Assembly (NCBI GenBank): GCA_041576165.1
Contig: JBFGLM010000039.1
Location: 1-46,027 of the forward strand
Reading direction: 5' to 3'
DNA: 46,027 bases
Origin: Acidimicrobiia bacterium
GTDB taxonomy: Bacteria > Actinomycetota > Acidimicrobiia > Spongiisociales > Spongiisociaceae
Within the stretch, counting starts at the first letter, position 1; each line of letters begins with the position of its first letter. Made by a program: the position numbers and the translations under genes. Under the pieces are notes generated by a model that saw nothing but the letters and a program-made list of their open reading frames with translations, did no database searches and was not told the origin of the DNA. Below, piece by piece: positions 12,141-21,706 of this stretch.

Positions 12141-12936
12141 TCAATCGGTGGGTTGGCGAACCCAGGCCGCCGCCCGGAGGTCGGACGTGACCGCAGCCCG
12201 GGCAACTGTCACCACCACGGCCACGACGCAGATGGCCGCCGTGCCAAGCACCAGGTACATGACCAGGAGCTGGACCACGACGGCCTCGACCGGAGGCACA
12301 CCCGCCAGCAGCAACCCGGTCATAGCTGCCGACCACCTTGGTCCGCTCCACCTGGGGGATCAGGGCCGCTTTGGCCGCTCGGGGCGCCATGAACCGGACC
12401 GCCTGGCGGCGATCGAACCCCAGCCCCAGGATGGCCTCCAGGTCACCAACCCGGTCCCGGCACAACTGGACCGTCTGATTCACCCCGAGCACGGCCGAAG
12501 GCACGGCGTTGCCAATCGTGATGCCGGCCACAACCACCAGTGACACCGGGTCGAAATCGATCACCTCGAATCCAAAGGTCACACCGATACTCACCAGTGC
12601 CGAGCCGATGATCGCGCCACCGGCTGTCGCCGTCAGGCGCTGCACCTGCGACCCCGCCCGCCGGGTCACTACGACGGTGGCGACGACGACCATGCCCGCT
12701 ACCCACAGCCACGCCCACCACCACGCGCCGGCCGACCGGAAGATGAGCGCAAACAGCGCTCCCACGGCCAGTAGCTGGATCGCGGCTCGCACCGCGGCCT
12801 CGATCAGGTCGCGTTCGAGCCGGAGACCGATCCAGGCGCCCAAGCCCAATGCGACGGTCAGAAGTGAAAGGGAGGCGGCGGCTACCGGCCAACCGGTCGC
12901 GCCGCTCGTCAGGGATTGGGCCACCATCATCGGCAT
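12141..12936 (-). pseudogene. fetB: FetB/UPF0014-like ABC permease, frameshifted near 12325
   Basis: One frame gives RAAIQLLAVG...GITIGNA...ERTKVVG; another resumes MTGLLLAGVPPVEAVVVQ; the usual L(I/V)xLPG link is missing. Confidence 0.75.
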
Positions 12937-13033
12937 ACCGGGGACGCTACCGGGCGGTGTGGTGCCACCCGGACCCGACGGCTCTCACGCGGCACGATGG
13001 GGCAGTACGCTCTGCGGCGTGCGCATCCGCGAC

Positions 13034-13642
13034 ATGGGTTTCAGCAAGGCGTTGCGTGAAGCAATCGCCGGCAATTTGGCCGCCTTCGACCGGCTGCAAG
13101 CCGACGAACCCGGGCGAGCAGCTGCCGTGGCCCTGACTCTGATCGGAGCCGGTGGACAGGCCGCGTTCGTCCTTACCCAGCGGGCGTTGCACCTGCGTAA
13201 TCATCCCGGCCAGTTTGCCCTTCCGGGAGGCCGGATCGATCCTGGAGAGACGGCAGAGGAAGCGGCGCTGCGGGAGCTGGAGGAGGAGGTCGGCGTTGCC
13301 CTGGAAGCCGGTGCCGTCCTGGGACTCATGGACGATTACATCACCCGATCCGGTTTTTCCGTTACGCCGGTGGTGGTGTGGGCCGATGGGGCGGATCCGG
13401 AGCCCAACGACCAGGAGGTCCATGCGATCTTCCAGATCCCGATCACCGAGCTCGACCGTGATGACGCCCCGCGTCTCACCCAAATCCCGCAGTCAGACCG
13501 CCCGGTGCTCTCGATGCCCTTGCTCGGGGATTTCATTCATGCCCCGACGGCGGTGTTTCTCTACCAGTTCCGTGAGGTGGCCCTCCGCGGTAATCCCACC
13601 CGGGTGGGCCACTTCGATCAGCCCCCGTTCGCCTGGCGCTGA
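13034..13642 (+). CDS. Nudix hydrolase, CoA pyrophosphatase (NudL-like)
   Basis: LTQRALHLRNHPGQFALPGG followed by Nudix box ETAEEAALRELEEEVG; alternative GTG start at 13019. Confidence 0.9.
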   Translation: MGFSKALREAIAGNLAAFDRLQADEPGRAAAVALTLIGAGGQAAFVLTQRALHLRNHPGQFALPGGRIDPGETAEEAALRELEEEVGVALEAGAVLGLMDDYITRSGFSVTPVVVWADGADPEPNDQEVHAIFQIPITELDRDDAPRLTQIPQSDRPVLSMPLLGDFIHAPTAVFLYQFREVALRGNPTRVGHFDQPPFAWR

Positions 13643-13651
13643 GGACGGGCA

Positions 13652-15394
13652 GTGGAGTCGCGCACGATCCAGTTGCTGGTGGTGGGCGGAACACCAGCCG
13701 GCCTTTCGGTGGCGATCGAGGCCCAGGAATCTGGCCTGTCCGACGTGGTCGTCCTCGAGCCGGGAGCCAGCGTCGTCGTGCCCGACCTGATCGGGCAACA
13801 CGCGATCGATATCCGCTACCGGGAACGTCTCCAGTCGCTGACAACCTCCGACATCGGAGTGGAAGCAATCACCTCGGCGGGTCGGTACCACGCGCAAGCG
13901 GTGGCGCTGGCCGGTCACGTCATCGAAGTTGGGAGCATGCCCGTTCAGGCCGGCCTGGCGGACCGGGTTCACCAAGGAACAGTTCCGCGCGAACCACGCG
14001 ACCTCGATGTCCTCGTCGTGGGATCGGGAGAACTCGCAGTGGAATGGGGGATGCAGCTCTCCCGGGCGGGTGCCGGAGTGGTACTGGCCGCCGGGGGCCT
14101 CGACCTCGATCGGTTGTCGCGGGTCGCCCGGACCATTCTGCTTCGGCTCGAGGCCGAACGGCGAGCCACGATCCTGTGGCACACGGTCCCGGATTCGATA
14201 GCGGAGCTGGACGGCCATCCCATGGCGTACTTCGAGGAGCGACGTACCCCCGACCTTCAGTTCGACCACGTCGTGTTCGCGACTGCGGGACGTGGGGAAG
14301 TGGAACATCTCGACTTCGACGTCCACGTCGGGCACCCCGATCGGATATTCGCCGTGAGAGAAACGGCCACCCGGGATGAGAGCGACGACAACCTGCGGCC
14401 GGTCGTCGCCGGCGACGCCTGGTCGGCGATCCGGGCCGTGCGCTTCCCGGATACATCCGAACCGTACCGACCCCCCGCCCAGTGGCGCCTGGGCGATCGC
14501 ACCACCATCGAGGAGCTACGCGCCAAGTGTTACAACGCCACCATCACCTCTTTTGAACGGAGCCACTCGGACCTCTGGAGAATCCGGGTGCGGCCCGACC
14601 ACGGGGACACCTCCCACCTCCCGGGTCAGTACGCGTCGCTCGGTCTGGGGTACTGGGAGCACCGCTCGGACAGCGCGTCAGATCGAGGATTGGCCGACCG
14701 CTGGGGCAAGCTCATCCGCCGTTCCTATTCGATATCCAGCCCGATCTTCGATGAGGTGGGATACCTCTATGACGCCGCCCGGTCCGACGAGCTGGAGTTC
14801 TACATCGTTCTAGTGCCGCCCTCCGCCCACCGGATCCCGGCGTTGACCACCCGCCTCGCGCTGAAGCGCCCCGGCGACCGGATCTATCTCGGTCCCAAGG
14901 TCGCCGGGCGCTACACACTGGCGCCCGTAAACGATCCAGAACTGACCGTGGTATTCCTAGCCACGGGAACTGGAGAAGCTCCCAACAATGCAATGACGGT
15001 CGAGCTGTTGCGCAAAGGCCACCAAGGACCGATTGTTTCAGTCGTTTCCGTGCGCGTCCTGACCGACCTCGGATATCGCGACGAACACGCCCGGCTGGAA
15101 CGCCGCTTCCCGAACTATCACTACCTACCGATTGCGACTCGAGAGCCGGGCATTCCGAAACGGTACGTTCAGGACTTGATCCGGGAAGACGAGCTGACGA
15201 GATTCGACGTGGCGCTCGACCCGGCCCTCTCCCACGTCTACCTCTGCGGAAACCCGGCCATGATCGGTCTGCCCGAGGGCGACAACGGCCGGTTTCCCGA
15301 GCCGGTAGGTGCGGTCGAGCTGCTCGTAGCCCGGGGGTTTGCGCTGGATCAGCGGGGCCAGCGCGGCACGATCCACGTCGAGGAATATTGGTAA
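13652..15394 (+). CDS. Fusion of a degenerate thioredoxin-reductase-like region and a ferredoxin-NADP+ reductase domain
   Basis: N-terminal VVGGTPAGLSVA and VLVVGSGELAVE; C-terminal PGQY, RRSYSISS, ATGTGEAP, YLCGNPAMI, terminal EEYW. Confidence 0.8.
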   Translation: MESRTIQLLVVGGTPAGLSVAIEAQESGLSDVVVLEPGASVVVPDLIGQHAIDIRYRERLQSLTTSDIGVEAITSAGRYHAQAVALAGHVIEVGSMPVQAGLADRVHQGTVPREPRDLDVLVVGSGELAVEWGMQLSRAGAGVVLAAGGLDLDRLSRVARTILLRLEAERRATILWHTVPDSIAELDGHPMAYFEERRTPDLQFDHVVFATAGRGEVEHLDFDVHVGHPDRIFAVRETATRDESDDNLRPVVAGDAWSAIRAVRFPDTSEPYRPPAQWRLGDRTTIEELRAKCYNATITSFERSHSDLWRIRVRPDHGDTSHLPGQYASLGLGYWEHRSDSASDRGLADRWGKLIRRSYSISSPIFDEVGYLYDAARSDELEFYIVLVPPSAHRIPALTTRLALKRPGDRIYLGPKVAGRYTLAPVNDPELTVVFLATGTGEAPNNAMTVELLRKGHQGPIVSVVSVRVLTDLGYRDEHARLERRFPNYHYLPIATREPGIPKRYVQDLIREDELTRFDVALDPALSHVYLCGNPAMIGLPEGDNGRFPEPVGAVELLVARGFALDQRGQRGTIHVEEYW

Positions 15395-15445
15395 AGCTTC
15401 CCAATATGGATCAAGCTCGGGGCCCGGGACGGCGATGCATTGTGT

Positions 15446-15784
15446 ATGCGGCTGCTCATCGTGGAAGATGACCCTACGGTTCGCCGCCTGATTGAGGTGA
15501 TCCTGCGCGACCTCGGCGAGATCGCCGTGGCCGGCTCGGCGGAAGATGCTCGCCTCGAGCTGATGGCCGAACCGGACGTGGTGGTGCTCGATCTGGGCTT
15601 GCCCCATCTCCGCTGGGATGTACTCGAGAGCGCGCTCGAAACGACTCGTCGGGTTGTGGTGGTCACAGCCCACATCGAGCCGGCCGTCCTCTCCCGGGCT
15701 CGGGAAATCGGTGCGCACTTCGTGATGACGAAGCCGTTCCGGCCCCGCCAGCTGGTCGATGCCGTCGTCGAATCCGGCAGCTGA
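15446..15784 (+). CDS. Single-domain response regulator receiver
   Basis: LLIVEDD, VVLDLGLP, VVVTA, MTKPF. Confidence 0.88.
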   Translation: MRLLIVEDDPTVRRLIEVILRDLGEIAVAGSAEDARLELMAEPDVVVLDLGLPHLRWDVLESALETTRRVVVVTAHIEPAVLSRAREIGAHFVMTKPFRPRQLVDAVVESGS

Positions 15785-15785
15785 C

Positions 15786-16760
15786 TCACACGGTCAGCAC
15801 GAGCTTGCCGGTAGCCGTCCGCTCCGCCAGCGCAGTCAGGGCCTCGCGCGCGTCCGCCAGCGGATAGGTGGCTGAGACGTAGGGGTCGATCGTCCCATCG
15901 ACCGCCCACGCCAGGATCTGGCGGAAGTTGGCGCGATTCCGGTCCGGCTCACGACGCGCGAAATCGCCCCAGAAGACCCCGACGATCGAGCAGCCTTTGA
16001 GGAGGGGAAGGTTCATCGGAGCCTCGGGAATGTGACCCGACGCAAACCCGACCACCAAGACCCGGCCATTCCAGTTGACGCAGCGGAGGGTCTGGAGAAA
16101 CACGTCGCCGCCTACCGGGTCGTAGATGACGTCTGCCCCGGCCCCGTCGGTCAGTTCTTTCACGCGGTCTTTGAGGGATTCAGTCGAGTAATTGATGGTC
16201 TCACTGGCTCCCAGCCGGCGTACCACCTCGGCTTTCTCATCCGACGACACCGCGCCGATCACCCGAGCGCCCAGAGCCCGTCCCAACTGCACTGCCGCGG
16301 TCCCAACTCCGCCCGACGCCCCGGTGACCAAAAGGACCTCTCCCGGCTGGAGCCGGGCCCGGTCCACCAGCGCGTGATACGAGGTGCCATAGGTCATCGA
16401 CATGCCAGCAGCCTTTGCAGCCGGCAGTTCGTCCGGTATCTGGTAGACGTTGTGATGAGGGGCGACGAACTGTTCGGCCATCGCTCCGGCGACATCGAGG
16501 CCCATGACCCGATCGCCGACCGACAGCCCCTCGACGCCGTCCCCTACCTCGCTGATCGTGCCCGCCGCCTCTGAGCCGAGCGTGAAGGGCAGCTCCGGGC
16601 GGAATTGGTACAGGCCCCGGATAACGAGAAGGTCCGGATAGTTGAGGCCGGCCGCCTCGACATCGATGCGTACGTAACCGGGCGGGCACGCCGGCGGATC
16701 GACTTCTTCAAAACGCAGCGAGTCGATCCCACCCAGCTCATGTACGACCTGCGCCTTCAC
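15786..16760 (-). CDS. NADPH:quinone oxidoreductase (zeta-crystallin/MDR family)
   Basis: GLNYPD, GSEAAG, TGASGGVG, YDPVGG, GKLVL. Confidence 0.93.
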   Translation of the reverse strand: MKAQVVHELGGIDSLRFEEVDPPACPPGYVRIDVEAAGLNYPDLLVIRGLYQFRPELPFTLGSEAAGTISEVGDGVEGLSVGDRVMGLDVAGAMAEQFVAPHHNVYQIPDELPAAKAAGMSMTYGTSYHALVDRARLQPGEVLLVTGASGGVGTAAVQLGRALGARVIGAVSSDEKAEVVRRLGASETINYSTESLKDRVKELTDGAGADVIYDPVGGDVFLQTLRCVNWNGRVLVVGFASGHIPEAPMNLPLLKGCSIVGVFWGDFARREPDRNRANFRQILAWAVDGTIDPYVSATYPLADAREALTALAERTATGKLVLTV

Positions 16761-16838
16761 AGTCCCTCCTCGATGAAGCCGGCCCGACTCTAGGGTGATA
16801 TCGCGGTCGGGCTGGTCTATCGGCCGGAGTCGCCATCG

Positions 16839-19800
16839 TCACGGCAATGGGGTCTGGACCAGTGCCACTCCACTGGGGTCACAGAGAAAGCCTCGCCCGA
16901 CCGGCAGCGCCGGCGGAAGCGCTCGAGGCAATCGGGCGCCCAAGGGTTCGCCATCGACGGCCTCCTGTGGCTGCAGAATGAGCCCTCGCCGACCGGCCCG
17001 CAAGGCCTTCGTCCAGTGCCGCACTGTTGAGCGGAGGGCATGACTACGGGCGGCCGCGATGACATGGAGGCCCGGGCGGCGGGCGGCCAGCACGCCGGCG
17101 ATGGCGTCGTCCACGTCGTCGACCTCGTCTGCGTCGTCGACCAGCACCATCATGTCGGCCCCGGGGTAGAGCCCGAGGATCTCACCGAGGTCCTGGGCGT
17201 TGTCTAGAAGGTGGTCGACGCCGGGTTCGTCTCGCAGTGGGGACTGACGCGGACAGATCCCGACGATGCGACACGCGGGTGCCAGGTGGCGAGCAGCCGC
17301 AGCCAGCGTCGCGAGGACTGTTGATTTTCCCGATCGCGGCGAGCCGGTCACCAGGGCGTGGTCTCCCGCCTCGAGCTGCAAGAGAGCCGGCCCGAGATCG
17401 TGGTCACTGATGCCGATCGGTAGTGCCCAGGCGGTACCGGCCCGGGCACCTGCGTGCATGAGGTCGGCGAGCTTCACGGTGGGCGGCAGCGTGTCCACGG
17501 ATGGAGCCGACCGGGGCAATGTTCCGACCGGTCCGGCCGGGAGAATCTCCTCGTCGGCATATGCCACGACCTGGACGAACCGGCCGGAGACAACGTCGAT
17601 CGCGCGGTTCGGACCCAGCTCGGGCAGGTCGCGGGCCATCACCCCGAGGGCGCCGTAGTCCATGCGATCCGCCAGCTGGAAGACGAGACGGGCCCGGAAC
17701 ACTCCCAGCATCACTCCCGGTATGGATCTGGCTTGATCAGCCGACATCACCGTGTATACGGCGACCGATGGTCCGTCCGCCACGATCCGCTGCAGCGCCT
17801 CTCTGTACTCGAGGTCGACCATTTCATCGAACGACCCCCGAAACCCACTGAGGTCATCGAGCAGCAAGAAGATGCGGGTCCGGGCAGCGCGACTGGCGCG
17901 TCGGTGGGCGATTTCGGAATCCAACATGCGCAGGAGCCGCTGCTGCCGCTCGTTTTCACGGCCGGCGATCACCGCCCCGGCGTGGGGTAGTCCCGCCACG
18001 CAGGTCAGCCCTCCTACCTTGTAGTCGATGGCATAGATGTGGGAGTCGTCGGGGTGGTGCAGTGCTATCCCGGCGGCGATGGCCCGCATGGCGTCGCTTG
18101 GTCCGGCCGGCCCCACGAGCAGCAAGTTGCCGTCGACCGGCGGGTCCCAGGTGAACAGCCGCCGGCGTTGTAGCTCGGGCTCATCGGCGAGACCGAGCAC
18201 CAGGCCGTCTGGAACCGCCTCGCCGGGCGTCGCCAGGTCGGCCGGGACGAGTCGGGCGGGAAGCGGATCCGGCCACGGCCGGCGGGGCGGATCGAAGCCG
18301 GCCTGGATGTTGGCGGTGACGATCGCCCCGACCAGCAGGTCCAGCTCGCTCGGGCCGGTGGCGGTGGGCGGGGGCGGCGGGGGATCATGCATGCTGAATT
18401 TGAACGGGCTCAGCCGGATCCCGGCACCGGCGTCCCCGCAGTGTGGCAGCGTGGCGATGGCCGACTGGAACGCCACGAGCTCGCCGGGTCCCAGCCGCAG
18501 GTAACCGCGGCCGGGTCGGGTCCGGGGGATACGGGCGGCGGCCGGATCGTCGAGCACATCCTTCGAGTCGGCCGCAGTCTGGACCCGCAACGAAATCCGC
18601 AGATTCGTGTTGGCCCGGATGGAGTCCTTGACCACCCCGGACGGCCGCTGGGTGGCGAGGATCATATGGACACCCAGACTGCGCCCCCGTTGGGCGATAT
18701 CGACCAGTGCGTTCATGAAGTCGGGCAGCTCCGCGGCCAGCGCCGCGAATTCATCGACGATCAACACCATCCGGGGCAGCGGGGCGCAATCCTGCGCCGC
18801 ATAGTCGGTGATGTCGGAGGCGCCGGCGGCCCGAAGCCGCTGCTCGCGGTAACGCAGCTCGGCCTCCAGACAGGTCAACGCCCGTGCCCCAAGCTGTTCG
18901 TCGAGATCGGTGACCAGCCCGACGACATGGGGGAGACGGCTGCAGGCATCAAAGGCCGAGCCGCCTTTGTAGTCGATGAGCACGAAGTTGAGGCGCTGTG
19001 GGTCGTACCCGGCGGCCAGACCCGCCACCAGTGCCCGGAGCAGCTCGCTCTTTCCAGACCCGGTGGTTCCGGCGATGAGGCCGTGCGGACCGTCGCGCAC
19101 CAGGTCGACCCGCAGATCTCCTCCCTGGCCCCGACCGATGGCGGCAGCCAGCTCCATTCGTTCCGCAGTGCTCCACCGACGCGTGATCGCGTCGGGAGAG
19201 AGTGTGCCGAGCCCGATCATGGGCACCAGCGGCGCAGTCTCCGGAAGCGACGCGCTGGGGCTGACCGTCTCCGGATCGTCCAGGCGAGCCAGGCGGCGGG
19301 CAAGATGGCGGGCGGCGCCGGTGGTCGCGGTCCACGGTTGCACGATGGTGGGGTCGCCGCCTTGCCCCGGGTCGGACACTCGGAGGAGCTCGCCGTCGAG
19401 TTCAACCAGCTGGGTGCAGGCCCCGGGCAGGTCGGTTCGCCGGGACCGGATGACCACCGTGGCGACAGGGAGGCCGGCGCCGGCGAGCACCTCGCGCTGG
19501 ACTGTTCGCAGCTCGGGCTCCTCGGACTCCATATCGCTGATCAACAGCGTGAGCGGCACATCTCCGTCGTAGGGACCGCGCAGGAAACCCAGAATCGACG
19601 CCGCCTGGTCACTGTCGGCCGCAAGGAGCCGGACCTCGCCGTCGTTGGCCCGCACGTGGGGCAGCCACTTCGCCCAGTCCCATGCAGCTGGATGGTCGGT
19701 GAGGACCGCCAGACGTAGGTCCGCTGGTCCCTGCTGGGCGGCCGCCGCGCAGATCCAGGAACGCACGAGCCCCAACGCCTGATGGCGAGACACTCCGTAG

Positions 19801-20864
19801 ATCCCGATGACCGTCCCGGGTCGCAGGTCGACCTGCAGCGGCACATTTGCCAGCCTGCCTGCCCGATCCAGGATTGCCTGCACTTCGGCCTCGAGCCCGT
19901 CCTCGGCGATACCTGCCCTCCAGGCGAGGGTGCCGGTGCCGATCGGGACGCGCATGAAATCGGGATGTCCGGGCCGCCGCTCCCAGATGCGCGGACTTCC
20001 CCGATCCACCGCGGAGACGAGTTCTGCTGCGGAAGCCGCCGACAGTCGCCGGCGCTGCGCTTCGCGCACGACCAGCTCCTCCAGCGTCCGTTCGAACCGA
20101 ATGAGGTCTTCTGCGAATTGTTCGTCGTGGCGCCGCCGGTCCCGCCACCGGCGGATCCGGTCATCCACCACGTTGCCCACCATCATCAAAGGGCCCATCA
20201 GCGCGAACGCCAGGAACATCACCCGCCCAAAGATGATCGCCATGCCTACGCCGAATCCGGCCGGCAAGACGAGGGAAATGGGACTCAATCGTCGGGTCCT
20301 GGAGCGTTCGGGAGTGCGAGTTGGTGGAGTCAGCGCGACCGCGGGGGGTTGGTCGAGTACGCGGGGCGGGCGGTTGAAGGTCACCGCCCCGGCGGCTGCC
20401 GGACCGGGCGGCTCCGCCGGGCGGAGCCGGAACCGGGCGTTGCCCACGCGCAGGTCATGGCCCTCGGGCAGCTCGCAACCGTCGATCGTGACCGCCGTGA
20501 GGCCGACTACCAACTCAGACCGCCCGGCGGGGGCGTGCCGCCAGCGGATGGCGGCGGGCGCCGCGCCGATGTCGTAACGGCCGACGGCCAGGCGCCACAC
20601 CTGGCCGGCCGGCGGGCCTTCAATGGCGTGCAATTCGAACACGGGCTCGGACCCGGCGGGGGTTGCCTCATCGAGCCGAAGCTCGGCTCCGTGGTACAGA
20701 ACTTTCGCCGCAGCGTCTTCGAGCTCGATGGATCGTCCGTCTACTGTGAGCGTCGCCGGCGGCTCGAGGCCAAGCGCACCCAGCACGTCGCCGACGGTCG
20801 CATTGCCCGCCAGGTCGAGCGTCAGGTCGGCTTGAATCGATCCGTGGACCACACTGACGTGCAT
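16839..20864 (-). CDS. EssC/EccC-like FtsK/SpoIIIE type VII secretion ATPase
   Basis: Possible ubiquitin-like and FHA-like N-terminus, FNRPPR, TM pair, WERRP, GPHGLIAGTTGSGKSE, IDYKGG, IVDEFA, GRSLGVHMILATQRP; second ATPase degenerate; third Walker A GSPRSGKS. Confidence 0.88.
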   Translation of the reverse strand: MHVSVVHGSIQADLTLDLAGNATVGDVLGALGLEPPATLTVDGRSIELEDAAAKVLYHGAELRLDEATPAGSEPVFELHAIEGPPAGQVWRLAVGRYDIGAAPAAIRWRHAPAGRSELVVGLTAVTIDGCELPEGHDLRVGNARFRLRPAEPPGPAAAGAVTFNRPPRVLDQPPAVALTPPTRTPERSRTRRLSPISLVLPAGFGVGMAIIFGRVMFLAFALMGPLMMVGNVVDDRIRRWRDRRRHDEQFAEDLIRFERTLEELVVREAQRRRLSAASAAELVSAVDRGSPRIWERRPGHPDFMRVPIGTGTLAWRAGIAEDGLEAEVQAILDRAGRLANVPLQVDLRPGTVIGIYGVSRHQALGLVRSWICAAAAQQGPADLRLAVLTDHPAAWDWAKWLPHVRANDGEVRLLAADSDQAASILGFLRGPYDGDVPLTLLISDMESEEPELRTVQREVLAGAGLPVATVVIRSRRTDLPGACTQLVELDGELLRVSDPGQGGDPTIVQPWTATTGAARHLARRLARLDDPETVSPSASLPETAPLVPMIGLGTLSPDAITRRWSTAERMELAAAIGRGQGGDLRVDLVRDGPHGLIAGTTGSGKSELLRALVAGLAAGYDPQRLNFVLIDYKGGSAFDACSRLPHVVGLVTDLDEQLGARALTCLEAELRYREQRLRAAGASDITDYAAQDCAPLPRMVLIVDEFAALAAELPDFMNALVDIAQRGRSLGVHMILATQRPSGVVKDSIRANTNLRISLRVQTAADSKDVLDDPAAARIPRTRPGRGYLRLGPGELVAFQSAIATLPHCGDAGAGIRLSPFKFSMHDPPPPPPTATGPSELDLLVGAIVTANIQAGFDPPRRPWPDPLPARLVPADLATPGEAVPDGLVLGLADEPELQRRRLFTWDPPVDGNLLLVGPAGPSDAMRAIAAGIALHHPDDSHIYAIDYKVGGLTCVAGLPHAGAVIAGRENERQQRLLRMLDSEIAHRRASRAARTRIFLLLDDLSGFRGSFDEMVDLEYREALQRIVADGPSVAVYTVMSADQARSIPGVMLGVFRARLVFQLADRMDYGALGVMARDLPELGPNRAIDVVSGRFVQVVAYADEEILPAGPVGTLPRSAPSVDTLPPTVKLADLMHAGARAGTAWALPIGISDHDLGPALLQLEAGDHALVTGSPRSGKSTVLATLAAAARHLAPACRIVGICPRQSPLRDEPGVDHLLDNAQDLGEILGLYPGADMMVLVDDADEVDDVDDAIAGVLAARRPGLHVIAAARSHALRSTVRHWTKALRAGRRGLILQPQEAVDGEPLGARLPRALPPALPVGRGFLCDPSGVALVQTPLP

Positions 20865-21202
20865 CAGAAAAACACCGGTGGCGGTCCAACCGCCGTGTCA
20901 GGGCTTTCGATCGGAGCGGCGGCGGCTCCCGCAGCGGATGCCGCGGCTGCGGCTGCCGCTTCGATCCGAGCCGCTTCTCGGCGGGCCCAGTCGGCCGCCG
21001 CGCGGAGGGTGCCGGCGCCGCGGCGCGCGCCGGCGGCGGCGGCGTCGTACTCAGTCTGGAGCGGGGCGGTCGCATCGCCGGCGAGCGCCGACGGAAGGTT
21101 GTCTCCGGTCGGCTGCAGCCCCGACGACGCGCACTCGTCCAGGTCCGCGGCGAGCCCGTCGAGGCCGGCCGCCACCGTACGGTAGAACGAAGCCGTGGCC
21201 AT
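20864..21202 (-). CDS. Small Ala-rich helical protein, probable WXG100-like partner or substrate
   Basis: 112 aa, GGAGG RBS, stop overlaps the ATPase ATG (TGATG), central LAG at the WxG-equivalent position. Confidence 0.6.
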   Translation of the reverse strand: MATASFYRTVAAGLDGLAADLDECASSGLQPTGDNLPSALAGDATAPLQTEYDAAAAGARRGAGTLRAAADWARREAARIEAAAAAAASAAGAAAAPIESPDTAVGPPPVFF

Positions 21203-21226
21203 CCGGCGCCCTCCCTGCCTCCACGC

Positions 21227-21511
21227 TCAACCGGCGCTGACGTAATACGTGTTGGCCAGGTAGTTGAGATCCTCGCCGTATTTCACCAGCCCCGCTGAGT
21301 TGGCGGCCATGAACTCAGAGAGGTTGTTGAGGTGGGGCATGGCCTCTTCCACCAGTCCGGCGAACTGATCGGACGCAATCGCCTCCCACGATTCCTGCAG
21401 GGTTGCCACTGCGCCCTGAATGCTGTGCAGCAGCGTGCTCATGTCCCCGCTCCACGCTGCGAAGTTGTTCCCACACTGAATGATGAGATCACCATCGCCC
21501 CGAATCGCCAT
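21227..21511 (-). CDS. WXG100-like protein with a W-E-A variant motif
   Basis: 94 aa, GAAGGAG RBS, central SWEAIASDQF with Trp42; two genes upstream of the FtsK ATPase. Confidence 0.72.
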   Translation of the reverse strand: MAIRGDGDLIIQCGNNFAAWSGDMSTLLHSIQGAVATLQESWEAIASDQFAGLVEEAMPHLNNLSEFMAANSAGLVKYGEDLNYLANTYYVSAG

Positions 21512-21706
21512 GTCGTCTCCTTCCCGTGCCGGTCTCACCGGTCCGTGTCTGGCCTGTGCCGGCTCGCTTGGAGCATATAACGATGTTTAAGAATGTTCAA
21601 GGAAGCAGATTGATAGTCAGTAGCTGATGAGATCACCGCGGGGTGGCGCACCGATCAGCGATGGAATCAGCGGTGGGAGGGCGCCCAGGCGGGCTCGCGC
21701 CTGCCC

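Noticed and set aside
12320-12335. Programmed ribosomal frameshift in the fetB-like gene
   Set aside because: No slippery sequence, and conserved residues are missing, which indicates a deletion rather than recoding
12509-13018. Long N-terminal extension of the Nudix protein
   Set aside because: Overlaps the fetB-like gene on the opposite strand; Nudix similarity begins near 13034
16839-20864. Cell-division FtsK or an ICE/conjugative coupling protein
   Set aside because: The multi-ATPase EccC/EssC architecture and WXG100-like neighbours fit T7SS; no gamma domain, relaxase or integrase is present
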